Positions 27,332 to 39,227 of a stretch of DNA of 64,000 nt are shown here, piece by piece (the first letter of the stretch is position 1; the number at the start of each line of letters is the position of its first letter). Under the pieces are notes generated by a model. That model was not told the origin of the DNA and made no database searches. It was given only the letters and a program-made list of their open reading frames with translations. The position numbers and the translations under genes were made by a program. Location of the stretch: contig CM052816.1 of the NCBI GenBank assembly GCA_028534125.1, positions 46,254,001-46,318,000 on the forward strand, in the 5' to 3' direction. The DNA is from Lama glama (taxonomy: Eukaryota).

Positions 27332-27484
27332 TTATTTATTTATTTATTTATTTATTTAATTTATCTTATTTAGGTGGGGGAGGTAATTTGGTTTATTTAT
27401 TTTTAGAGGAGGGACTGGGGATTGAACCCAGGACCTCATGCGTGATAAGCATGTGCTCTACCACTTGAGCTATATCCTCTCCAC
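27332..27484 (-). mobile_element. tRNA-derived camelid SINE (Vic-1 type)
   Basis: Minus strand reads GGAGAGGATATAGCTCAAGTGGTAGAGCACATGC...GGTCCTGGGTTCAATCCCCAG, with A and B boxes and a (TAAA)n tail. The 14-bp TSD TTCCTTAC[A/T]CAATT is at 27318-27331 and 27485-27498. Confidence 0.93.
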
Positions 27485-27769
27485 TTCCTTACTCAATTAT
27501 AGATGTCTTAAATGATTGAGTCCCTTAGTTTACTTTAATCTGGATGAGAATAATGTTTTTAGAAAAGAAAAACAAAAGTTCACGTAGTTGAGAACTATTT
27601 AGAAAGTTTGGCTAAAAAGGTGTAGCCTTTCAGATGGCTACAGCCAAGCAGAGAAGTTGAGTAGTTAAATATACAGGACTTACTGAGGCTCATAAGAAAA
27701 TAGTGCTTGAGGATTTATTCCTTGGATTGCTTTCATGTGAAGATGTAAATGAAGCTATAAGCAAATAGG

Positions 27770-28420
27770 GGTAATTAAAACTATAAATGATGCTCCTCAG
27801 AAGAATGTACAGAATGATAAGAGCCAAGGGCCTAAGAGACAGCCCTGAAGACACTAATATTTAGAGAAATGGCAGTGGAAGAGAAAGACAAAGACAATGA
27901 CAGTGTGTGGTATCATTAAACCAAGGAAATTATGTTTTAAGATGAGAAATTAGTCAGCAATATCAAGTTCTACAAGTAAATAAGGCAAGAGTACCCATTA
28001 GAGATTTAGAAACAAGGCATTTAAAAACAGTTTCAGGAAATTCTTGGGGTGATTTCCAGATTGCAGTGGTCTGGGGGATGCACAGAAAGTGAGGCCAGGG
28101 GAAAACATTGACTGTAGGACACTTTTTCAAGAAGTTTCCCTATGAAAGGGAAAAATAGGACAGTAGCTCAAGAGTGACTAGAGGACAAAGGCATTGGGTT
28201 GTTTTTAAAATTGGAGACTTAGGTATATTGAAGCACTAATTTTTGAGAAGGAGCCAGTAAACACATGGAAATCTGGGGTTAAAAAATGGAAAACACAAGA
28301 TTTTTAAGGAACTGTGGTCCTTGAAAACCTGAGATAGGGGAGGGGGAAGGAGAATCCAAAGCACAGATGGAAGGATTGGCCTCATGCAGAAGGAATAACA
28401 CATCTATATGTGTGATGGAA
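27770..28420 (-). mobile_element. L2 fragment
   Basis: aagagccaagggcctaagagacagccctgaagacactaatatttagag...gacactttttcaagaagtttccctatgaaaggg are antisense L2 motifs. Confidence 0.75.
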
Positions 28421-29434
28421 GAGTTAGAAGCCATGGTACTGAAGTCCCTTTGCTTGTAGTGTTTGGATGATGGGTTCTGCTTTCTTTGTGGAGGGATAAT
28501 AAGCTGAGGGTAAAAAGATAGCTAGCATAAAGGAGAATGGAGATAACTTTTTTGAATAATGGGAAAGAGAGGTCAGGAACTAAGGAAGAATTGATCTGAT
28601 CTTAAGGTTTTTCCAAGGAAAATGTAATATAGAAGGAAAATTTGGCAAGAAATTTGAAGTAAAAAGAGAGGTTGAAGGGGCAGACCAGGGAATCTAAGTT
28701 AGTTAGGCATTAGATTGAGTCTGATAAGAAACACATAATTTTGAGGATTAAAGGTCTTGATCAGTTTGGAGACAGGGATGACTGAATGAAGTTGTTGTCA
28801 GAGAAAGCAATTTAGGATTTTAGAGGTGGCAGTCCAGTTCTAGACAGATAATAACAAGTTCCAAGCTTGTATAAGGCAATTGATGGCCTGAATGGAAAAT
28901 GAACATATCTACCATATTGGCCTGTACATCCTTCAATCTGCCATATTGGCTTACATCTTTATCTCCAAATATTTGTTGGTCCCTTTTAACTTCACCTACA
29001 ATATCCAATTATTTATTTAACTTTCTATTCAAAATCTTTTGAGTGAGCTTGGTCTTCCGCTGACTCATGTCTTTCCATATTACCTCAGTATACTGGGATT
29101 ACTTCCTATTCTCTCCTATTATGAATGCATAATATCACTGTGGAAAATCAGTGGCCCACACGGATTGCCAGGATGTGCTGCAAAAGTTACATTCCTTGTC
29201 CTGCCTTTTGTTCATCCCCGTATTTGCCTCATGCCTGTGCCTGTCTGGGAAGCAAGTCACTTTTCCTTCTCTGTTAAGCTCCATCAGCTTTCTGAGCTAG
29301 ATGCCCTCTGCTCTGTTCTTATCGCTCCCCATGTATACATCTGTTTCAGCACTGCTACATTATGTTCTAACATTTTGTATGTTACTCCTTACAAGCCTTT
29401 ACATTTCTTAAAACAGATGTGAGATGTATGTTTG

Positions 29435-29635
29435 TGGAGGTGGATCAGAGTAAAGCCTTATTCAGTTACTTAGTGGCTGTATCATTCAGACAAATGACAT
29501 TCACATCCCTAGCTTCTGTCTTATCAGGGAAGAAGGGCACATCTCATAGAGTTGATGAGTTAGGTGAAATACCTAATGGAGGGGAAGCCTCCAGTCTAGT
29601 GTCCAACAGAAGACTAAAGTAAATGCTTCTAACTT
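29435..29635 (+). mobile_element. Degenerate MIR
   Basis: cagttacttagtggctgtatcattcagacaaatgac...acatctcatagagttgatgag. Confidence 0.55.
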
Positions 29636-31206
29636 AATTTTAGTCTACTTTGTGCCATCCTTGTATTTTTAAATTGATATTTAATATGTATTGCTATTCA
29701 CATTTTTATAAGGATAGCTTAACTCATCAACTCTATAGTAAAGTTTCTTGAGGATAGGAATCGTATTAATATATTGCCGTGTGTTCCACATTACTTAACA
29801 GATACTATAAATATGAATAAATACTTATGAACAATGAATATTAAGGATTATCAAGCAAATGAGCTACTTTCATAGACTGTTTGCTCTCCTAGCTCTGAGA
29901 CAAAGGAGGCAGGATGATTGTCCTTTCTAAGAACATTTTCAAACTCATATAGATATGCCTGTGTTCAATAACACAATTCAACTGAATTCAACTCTAAGTA
30001 AATGGGGGTTAAAAGCATGAATTGAAATTTTTATACCATAAGAAGAATGCTTTTTTCCTTCAATGAGGACGAGCCAAACTTCACATAATCTAGTCTGCAT
30101 CATTTGTAGTGCAGAAAAATTCTAATCTGGGGTACTCACCACACAAGGACAACCACATGAAATAAATGCCATCAGATATATAGATGCCTATATAACACCT
30201 GAACCATTAAATCCCCTTTCTCTGTGTTCTTAGGACTGTTCTGGCACTATACAGGCATAGCATTTAGCTGCATGTTATGTTAAAAATTAAAACAGACAAA
30301 AGCCTTGATATAGATGACCTACATCAAATAGTTTTTCTCAGCTAAGAATACAATTTTTAATGAATATTGTATACATTTATATATCTAGTGATTTCTTGGT
30401 GATGATAACAAAGCCTGTTTCATAACAGTACAGTAGAAAGATTTAAAAATGTCTCATTATACAGAAAGAAGCTGAAGTAACTTAGAGTAACTTAATAGTG
30501 AGTGCATAGACACATGCTTGTTTCTCAGTTCTAGCTATTCAGAAAGAAGGCAGGTGTAACCCTCACCCATCAAGTCCATGCCTTTATTCTGGCAATTTAG
30601 TATGGTACCGATCAGGAAGTTTTGAATAATATGCATGTCACAACCTCAGAATGGAGAGCTGATTTGACTTGTCTATTTGTTTGTACATATTTTGAATTTT
30701 TTAAAATGACACAATACAACTTGAAAAAGAAACATTTGATTGCAGGAGTTCGTATGTACTCTGTAGATGTTTTCATAAACCTTCTTCATCTATATTTTCG
30801 GCAATTTTTCTTGGACGTCTAACAAATACTCAAATCAGTTTGCCTCTCCACTCACCCTTTCATAATGTTCGTGACACAATCCTGTGTAATTTGACACCTT
30901 GGAACTTTAAACAGACTCGGAATCTTTTGGACCTTCTAGCCATCATCAATTCACATAGTGTGCAGTAAATCCAGCTCAAAATAAACAACACAGATGGAAT
31001 CGAAGCTTATAGTACAATGTCAGCAGTATCCACAGATTGACAGAGCTAGTTAGGCTGCCAGATGCACAGAATGTTGTTCTATCTACTTGTTCTTTATAAC
31101 TGGACTTGATGGAGTACATCAGTGTCAAACTCCTTGCTGGTTTCCACACGCACACGCACAGAAACGCACCCGCATAAACACGCACATTCCTGCGCTCTAT
31201 ATCGGC

Positions 31207-31222
31207 GGCGCCATCTGCTCTC
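31207..31222 (-). promoter_or_regulatory. Candidate CTCF site, overlapping a YY1-like CGCCAT core
   Basis: Minus strand AGAGCAGATGGCGC matches 12 of 14 positions of CCASYAGRKGGCRS, inside a cluster of 9 CpGs at 31149-31210. Confidence 0.55.
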
Positions 31223-31272
31223 AGCTTTACATGTGGTAGCTAACTAACTATCCTACTGTGCCTGGGTCTCAC

Positions 31273-31284
31273 CGACTGCTTTCC
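31273..31284 (-). other. Candidate 12-nt microexon
   Basis: Minus strand tgtcatttgtttccag|GGAAAGCAGTCG|gtgaga. Frame-preserving with no stops. Motif evidence only. Confidence 0.25.
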
Positions 31285-33744
31285 CTGGAAACAAATGACA
31301 ACAGTTTTTATCTTGTGCCCTCCTTGGCATTATAAAATAAGGCTCTTAACATTTCCATACGCATATATTTTACATGCATTTTAAAAAAATTCTGTTCTCC
31401 GTTTTATTTACTGATTCCCTAGAGAATGGCAGTATCTCTTTTTATATCTCCCCCAAAATGAGATTTTCCTAAGGAACTTCACATACCAAGATTGTTTTTT
31501 CTAGCTCCGATTTACATAAAAGCAATATATATAAAAGCCATGGGCCTTGGGATCATTTTGCTCTTTCCACACTTTTGTAGGGTGCTACATACTACTTGTC
31601 AAATGAGGATGTAAAAAAACTTGGTGGGGGGGGTTCAGTAGAGGCAAGACATTCCTTCCTCCCCACTTTCCCTCTATAAAATTCCACTGGCAATAATGAC
31701 CTGCTGGAAACGTTAAGGCGAGGGAGTTGTACAAACATGAAGTATTTTCATACACAAGTATCTTGCCTACAGCAGAAAGCTCATGTGTTTTTCTGCTCCC
31801 AACTGCAGAATTTTTGCCTTGACCTCGTTGCCATCTCTTGTGAGAGCTAGACATGTAGTAAGATATAAAAAGGGATAATCACTTTTTCCAAACTTACAAA
31901 ATTCAATTGTAATGTCTTTTCAAAGCACTACATCCACATTAACTGGGAGTATGAAATGTCGTAAGAAGGATATACGGAATGAAATGACAGAAAGATAACT
32001 TGGGTTTTGGCCGTACCAGGTATCTTTTCCTGACCCATTTCCATGTCTGGCACCTGTCTTTATGACAATCTTTTCAGAAGATCTACGGAAATTATACTTA
32101 CCTTCTGGTAACTAGGTAACATAATCTCCTAGAGGCTAGCTAATTGCAGCCCATGATAACCTCACATACAGTAACTGTTAAATTTTTCATTTCTTTCAAA
32201 TTATTATGGATCAGTGGAGAGGGTATTGATTTGATTCATTAACGGATTCCCAGTCTGTTCCAAGGTTAATGATTACATGTATCTCAATTACATCCTTAAC
32301 AGGTTATACCATATGATTTGTTTTAGCTGCTTTGTACATTGTGTATCTTCCCTCCGCTGAAAGGCTTCTTAGCACTTCATGATGTAACAAATCTTTCTCC
32401 TCTTGTCCCTGAAACAATGGACCTGCTTTGAGTAAACAAATCAAAGCAGGACAAAAATAAATTATAAAAGCTTTTTGTAGGATTCTCTAAGAATCATAGC
32501 GTAACAGTTTATTTTAGTCAGGTAAATAGCCTGCAATTCATTCATGTTTAAGTATGGAGCACAGAGGGGGTCAGTCCTTTTTTTGGTATTTATACCACTT
32601 TTCTTATGTAGGAAGCACTTTTTTTTTTAACTTTGATCTTTTGAATATACACACAATGCAGTTTTATCTTAGAAGAGCAGAAGCAAAATATATTTTACCT
32701 GTAATTCTTCCAGCAGAATCCAGACACATTTTAACTACTCTGAAAAGCCCCCAAAATATTAAATAATTCAAAACATAATATTCACGTGACATTCTTGAGG
32801 ATGACAAGTCAAATGATTTGCAGGTACATCTCCCATACTGTCCATGGATAGGCAGGCAGGAGGACAGAGATGCAATGGAGGGTTCCCAGGGCAGAAAACA
32901 CATCTGTCAATTAGAGGACAACACAGTAATTCTGACAAGAGAGAAGACAATTGTTTATTCTAGTCTTTTTATTTCCTTTTATCCCCTTTCTACTGCCTGC
33001 AACACAACTTGCCTCTGTATATTTAAGCCAAGCAAACTTCTCCTGTGTCCTGAACTAGAGTTGGTGAATCATGGGACAGTCTAATCTTGCTTTCTTTTGA
33101 TGAGAAAACTCTGCTGCTTGCACATAGTAGAGTCCAGAGCAGGAATTACATTTTAAAGAATCTTAACAATTTTACTACCCACTCGTATTCTGAACAAGCA
33201 AAGCACCAGACTGCCCTCCTTTCTGGAACCCCTAAGATTCTGACAGTTTGGGGACTCAGAAGCCAAATGGGAATCATCAGGAGGAGAGACTTCAGTTATA
33301 CAATCCATTAAATAAAACAATAGAGCCTGCAGCTGAGCTATTAAAAAGAGTAGAGCAATTTTTATTTCAATGGCTACATTTTATTTCCTCTTCTGAGTGA
33401 CTGTTAACAAAGGGCCGCTGAAAGGACTGGATAAAAAGCAGGCGTCAGATGCAGGATCCATGAGTTAAACAACATTATTAGATACAATTTCATAAAATCT
33501 AGTTGCTTTTTTGCTACTAGAAATCATGTCCTTTTGTCAACTTGTGGTCACATCAGCATTTCTGCTGATATAATTTGCTCCAGCTGCAGAGCATAGCTGG
33601 CCTGCAAATCAAGAACCAGAATGAGGACAGGCAGGAATAACTCAATGGCTTGGATAATGTGCAAATCACTACACTTCTCGCTATTAGTCTACTTTTTTTT
33701 TTTTCAGAATATTTGGAAGAGGAAAGATTTATCTTTAGCAAAGC

Positions 33745-33754
33745 AGCCAATCAG
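33745..33754 (+). promoter_or_regulatory. NF-Y-type CCAAT box
   Basis: AGCCAATCAG is a full match to RRCCAATSR in non-repeat sequence. Confidence 0.35.
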
Positions 33755-34735
33755 CCACACTCGTAAGAACTGGTTTGTCTGGTTATCTTCTGAAGCCTAA
33801 CCCTCTCTGCAGTGATGCTGTGTAATCACGACATTATGTATTACAAACAACAACAACACTTAACTTCCTTCACCCGCCTTAAACCAGCAGTCTGAACACC
33901 TAATGCCAAATGGCTCCTGGTTTTGTTCACCTCCCCTATAAAAATGTTCCATAGAATTCAAATATTCCTGAGCACTTCTGTTAATCGTTTTTGCATTTCA
34001 AGTGCTTCTCTCTGGCCTGGAATGTACAGGCTTACAAAATAATACAAATTCTAATGTCAACAGTTTGCTCATTTCCAGACACAAAAAGATCCAGTCAAAA
34101 AGGAAATAAAATACTACTTAATGATTTAGGCATGAGTAAAAATGGTCAGAGCTTAACTAGTTATTCAGCATTGAACTGCAGACAGCTCTTGTTTGCTTGA
34201 TTAGAAACTCTATTGATTTACATTGAAATCAATTATCACTGGATCCTAACCATTTCAAATTCAGCTATAATTGAATGCTTGACAATCACTCATGTACAAA
34301 AGAAAAACAGTTTCTAAATAAAAGCAAAGCCCAAGTACTCTTGCAGATCTGAGGAACTCATTATATATGGTGAGCAAATAAGAGAGAACAAACAGTAGCA
34401 ATACACAGCTGGAACAGCTCAATCAGTCTCCCTGATAACCAGAACAGCTTATCAAGTGTGCAGAGGCAGCACTGGTCTGTTGTCCACCAGTGCAGGTGAG
34501 CCGGCGTGCTCTCTTCATGGTGTGGCAACCTTCCAGGACCAGGTGCAGGCATAGCTGCAAACTCATTATGTAACCTGTCACCTTCAAGGATTCACTGCTG
34601 CAGCAAGTCCCCACGTCCAAAGCTATGGTTGGAATATTTTTCTTGTAAACTAACATGGGAAATTTGATGACTCCTGAACATGCTTTTAGACACCACTGTT
34701 TTCAAGAGGACAAAGAGAAGTAATGTGCCACGTAC

Positions 34736-34790
34736 CTGTGGCACCGAACTTGTTTTCCTTTTGGCACCGTGAGATGGGAATCAGTTCCAT
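34736..34790 (-). CDS. Candidate coding first exon (MELIPISRCQKENKFGAT, phase 1), gene unidentified
   Basis: Strong Kozak context (ggcATGG), 18 open codons, then donor CAG|GTACGT. Several CpGs retained. No homology recognised. Confidence 0.3.
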
Positions 34791-35233
34791 GCCTTTTTCT
34801 CTTCTTCTTTTATAATACGCTGCAATATTTGAATTTGTCAAAACCCAGGGCTCTGCTTACTCCTTAAATTAGAATGGAAGTAATAAGACTTTGTGAAATG
34901 TATGTGGGTGATTTTCTCCTATCCTGAAAGTTTGAGAAGTTTGCCCCTGCGTGGATGCAGGCCAGTGAAGCTCATGGGCTCTAGCCTATAAAAAGGCAGA
35001 TTTTAATGTCTGGTTGGAGTCAACGAGAGCTAATCCTACACATTTTTCAGATGTATAATATGCACTTTTATTGTTGGTCACTTCTGGAAAGGTGCTAAAA
35101 TTGTGGTTTATTTAAAATAGAATCATTTTTATTATGATATGGACTAGCAAACCTGCATTATTTTAACTATTACATCAAGCAACTCTATTCAAATAAATGA
35201 GAAACAAAGGAAATAAATCACAAGATTTCTTAC

Positions 35234-35814
35234 CTCTCTGGGAAAAGAAAAACACCTGTTAACAGAAGAAAAATGTTTTGTGAAATGAATTTTGATATCT
35301 CTAATCACACTCAGCCCTGTACTTCTGGCTTCCTTACAGGTGGGACTGGGTACAAAAGGCAGGGCCAAGGAGGGGAACCTGACATCTGTGAGGTGGCTCT
35401 CTAATGTGAATCAGCCCTTCTCTGGTTCTACATTTGTTTCTAGCCCAGAACAAGCCTTTCTTTGGCCATCATTAACCCGCAAATTGGTTGTAGTAGTGGG
35501 CAAAATGTGCAGGGCCCTTTTAAAATGACAGTACAAACAAATATGCTTACCACCACACCAAATCGCTACTTCCTTGTCAGATCGTAGATGCTTATCTGGT
35601 ATCCTGAATTTATGCCTAGACAGGTAATAGTAACAAAAACCAAACAATAAGAAAAAGCATTTCTGACTTTTTCTTTCATTTTTCAAAAGGGAAAGCCTAA
35701 TTTACCCTATCCACAGTGAACTTACAAAGAAGCTGGAAGCCGTTCTTTCTGAAACTTCTCTATGTCCTCTGAATTGCTTGTATTGTGGAAGTCACAAAGC
35801 AAGCAGAACAACAT
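35234..35814 (-). other. Candidate three-exon spliced segment (35814-35726, 35615-35551, 35255-35234)
   Basis: Donors GTAAGT, GTAAGC and GTAAGA; pyrimidine-rich acceptors ...tattacctgtctag and ...ttttcttctgttaacag; introns of 110 and 295 nt. The joined frame is open from ATG 35814. Confidence 0.3.
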
Positions 35815-37369
35815 ATGTGGCACTGAGAGTCTACTCTATCGATCTAATAATTTGCTTAACAATGTCCTTTCAAAAATATTGTTCTTGAAGTTGCATCGTC
35901 CCACAAATACACAAAAGAATCTTTTTGAACATTGAAATATACTGTTATTCATGTCTGTTTCATGAGGTGTTAATCTAGCATGCAGAAGATAAATCAAAGT
36001 ATTTCTATCTCACCAGATTCAAAGAATCATAGTTCAAATATTAATATCCAACACCTTACCAGCTTGTATGCTATTTTGCCAGTTGCTTTTGCTGGCAGTT
36101 GGCTTCTCTTGTAAAAGATAAAGATTTCTACAACAACAAAATCTCTGCATAAATTTTAATTTTATTACATTTTCTTCCCAGTCCCTATATGCTATATTCT
36201 ATTTTTGTCTATGGAACATCAGATGCTGATGAGAGAGGGAAGACCATGTTGGAATATTCTGAAGGTTAACAAGAGACAGTTAACCTTAGTGTATCACCAA
36301 ACTATTGAGGCAAATTTAATTGCAAAAGTAAATCTAATTGGACAAAAATCAAAAATAAAAGAAGAGTTAGAAGAAAGAAACAAATAAGCAGAGAGAGAGA
36401 AAAGAGAAAACAAAACTTTGGAACAATTTCTGCTATTTTATCTAATGTTTTGTCTGTTTTAAACAGATTAGTGAGTCACTGTCTTTTCCTTTTGTTTTAT
36501 AGGAAATTATGTTGACTTAAAACACTACTGCCAACATAGACAGCAATACACAAGTATAGTTTCACGACAAAAACATTTAAAGCAAAAAAAATTATTTCAG
36601 GGCGCTTCACATTATTGCAGGTGCCTAAATTTTCACAAAACACTTTCCAGGACTCAGGGAGGGTCCCAGAGCCAGTTGTTTCTCTGTGAGTTCCTCAGCC
36701 CAGGGCACCCTACAGTGAGACGCAGGGGTGTCAGGCAGAGACAGCTGGTAAATAAAACCAGTAATTGTGATCATTTTCAAATCCTTCTTATGTGGATTTT
36801 CCTTAGAACAATGTGTATTTGTAAAGTGGAAAAAAATTCACATGCAAAAAAATTCATGAGTACTATGTCATGTTGGCATTTCACTGACCATAAATCTAAC
36901 AATTCTATCTAATGCTTAGACTTGTTTTTTGTTGATGATGGTTATTTGTTTTCAAATTTGGATGCAAACCTCATAAAGTGGGGAAAAACTAAATTAATAT
37001 TCAACTTATTTAGGACATAGTATGTGAAGCAAGTATTTATGGAAAACTCTTGTTCCCGCCTGGCTGGATTGTGAGGCTGACTAAATCACAGATTGTGTCC
37101 TGCTTAGCTATGCATGTCCTGGTGAACAGCAGAGTTCCTTGCACACAGCAGAATGAGTGAACATTTGCAGAGTTAAAGCGGCATCCAATTGAATTATAAT
37201 GGTAGTAAGACAGCAGTCATTTGACAATTCTCTAAAACAGACACAGCTGATAAATGGACAATTTCAAGCATCAAATAGATTAAAGAAGGATGAGCTAATA
37301 TCTTTATATTAGAAGATCCTATTTTTTTTTCACCTATGTCCCCACTGATCAAAGCTTTTCTGGTAAAAA

Positions 37370-37535
37370 TAATAATTATCCTTCACTGGATGTCAACCCT
37401 GTTCTAGGCACTATGGTAGATGTTTTAGACATTATATATTAGTTCTTGCTACATTAACCCCTTGAAATAGTCGTATTCAGCCCCATTTCTTTCCAGTGAG
37501 GAAACTGAAACCCAGAGAGATGTTAACTGCTGCTC
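37370..37535 (-). mobile_element. MIR SINE, interrupted by MLT1 LTRs
   Basis: cctgttctaggcactatgg...ccccatttctttccagtgaggaaactgaaacccagagaga. A probable continuation lies near 38440-38475. Confidence 0.75.
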
Positions 37536-37538
37536 ACA

Positions 37539-38074
37539 GTGGGTAATAAGACTGAAAAATGGCTACCCCTGAAGATACAATGACCTCATCTCCCGCATCT
37601 GTGAATGTTACCTTATACGGCAAAAGAACGAAAAGAAGTGGAGAGGAGTGAGGAGGGGGAGAGGAAGACATTTGTAGACATGGTGTGATTAAGTTAGGGA
37701 TCTGGAGATGGAGAAATTATTCTGGATTATCCAGATAGGCCCTAAATACAATGACATGTATCCTTATAAAAGGGAGGCAGAAGGAGATTTTACTAACATA
37801 AGGGGTAGAAGGAGGAAAAGGAGGAGGAGGACGCAGAGATGAAGGAAGGAATAGAGGCACAAGCCAAGAAAGTCCAATAGCTACCCAAAGAGAAGAGGGA
37901 AGGCCCAGATTCCCCTAGAGCCCCTAAAGGGAACACAGTCCTACTGACATTTTGATTTTGGCCCAGTGACACTGATTTCAGACTACAGGCCTCTAAACAT
38001 ACAAGAAATTTATGTTGCTTTAAGTCACCAGGTATGGGGGTACTTTCTTACAGCAGCCTTAGGAAAATAATGTA
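37539..38074 (+). mobile_element. MLT1 (C/D-like) LTR
   Basis: ctgtgaatgttaccttatacggcaaaag...gattaagttagggatctggagatgg...ttacagcagccttaggaaaataat. Confidence 0.9.
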
Positions 38075-38117
38075 TAGTTACAGCACTTTAGCAGTAACAA
38101 TGACAGAATTTGCACAT

Positions 38118-38435
38118 AGTATTCTATTACTGCCTTACAAGTTACAACTTTAGCATCTTAAAGCAACACCCACTTATTATCTTACAGTTCTATAGTCAGA
38201 TGTTTAGGGTGGCCTCATGTGCAATTTTTTGCTTAGGCTGAAATCAATGTATTAGCCAGGCTGTGATCTTACCAGGAGACTCTGAAAGGAATCATCTAAA
38301 TAAGTTTGGCCCAACTGGATAATCTCTCCACATTAAGGTCACCTTCTTAGTAATCTTACATCTTCAAAATCCAATTTACCATGTAACAATCATCAGGGAG
38401 TGATGCCAGGGGCAGAGGTCATGGGTGCTTACCTG
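38118..38435 (-). mobile_element. MLT1 LTR with internal deletion
   Basis: cttaaagcaacacccacttattatcttacagttct...ggctgaaatcaatgtattagccaggctgtg...ggataatctctcc. Confidence 0.75.
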
Positions 38436-38849
38436 TCAGGTCTCATGACTGAAGCCCATGCTCTTTAATCTGCCATGCCACACTGTCTTCCAAAGCAGTT
38501 TGTCTCCTCGGGTCTTTAGAAAACACCTGCAACAGCTTATTAATGGACATAATGTTTGTGTGGGAAGCTTGTCCACTGCCAAAAGTCCTCTGCACTCTTT
38601 CTATTTATACTAGCTGTGGTAACTTGCAGCACTGGTTCCTGTCTTAACGAAGTCTTTTCCACTTCCCTGCCTAAAAGTCTACACAAGCAGTAGAGTGACT
38701 CTCAGAGGAATAGCCAGGGAAAGTCACAGAGGTGGGAGACAGGATCGCAGGAGATAGATGAGCATTTGCCAGAAAACCTACAGAAGTAAGATACTAAAGG
38801 CCCCCAGTTGGTACCTTGGCCAGATCCTACAGTTCCCCTTTACCCATGA

Positions 38850-39227
38850 TGTGTACTCCACCTTCTGTGTGTTTTCCTTCTAACATCTCTCAGAGGATTG
38901 CCCTGTGGTTACTGGAGCAACTTTGCTTTTGTGGGGCACTAGCTGGAATTGCCTGGGAGTTTGTATCTCCCTAGGGTGACTCATAGACTATCTGGTGAAA
39001 AGATACACAGCCCAGTTCCTTTGCCTGGAGGCGTGACAAACTGACTTACAATGTATGCTCCACAGGCTGAGCCTGGAATTTCACCTGTAGTGCCCCTTTC
39101 CTTGGTTCTTTTCCCTCCCCATTCTGAAGTCCATTATCAGTTTCTCCTGGAGGCACTGTCTTTATACATCACTTGCACTTGAATCCTCAGCTCAGGTTTT
39201 CTTTCTAAGATGATCTGACGTAAGACA
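38850..39227 (+). mobile_element. LTR16-type (ERVL) LTR
   Basis: cccagttcctttgcct...tcacttgcacttgaatcctcagctcagg...taagaca is the typical LTR16 3' end. Confidence 0.75.

Noticed and set aside
27400..27484. Possible tRNA gene
   Set aside because: It has a SINE body, A-rich tail and TSD, and no intact acceptor stem.
32096..32122. Minus-strand ATG-MLPSYQK followed by a perfect AAG|GTAAGT donor
   Set aside because: Too short to separate from chance, and its phase does not match the other candidates. Worth revisiting only if the island proves to be a promoter region.
34984..34997. GCCTATAAAAAGGC, a TATA or CArG-like element
   Set aside because: It has eight A/T bases, so it is not a CArG box, and a lone TATA match is uninformative in AT-rich DNA.
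1006..36480. Scattered AP-1 (TGASTCA) heptamers
   Set aside because: Frequency looks compatible with chance, with no clear clustering.
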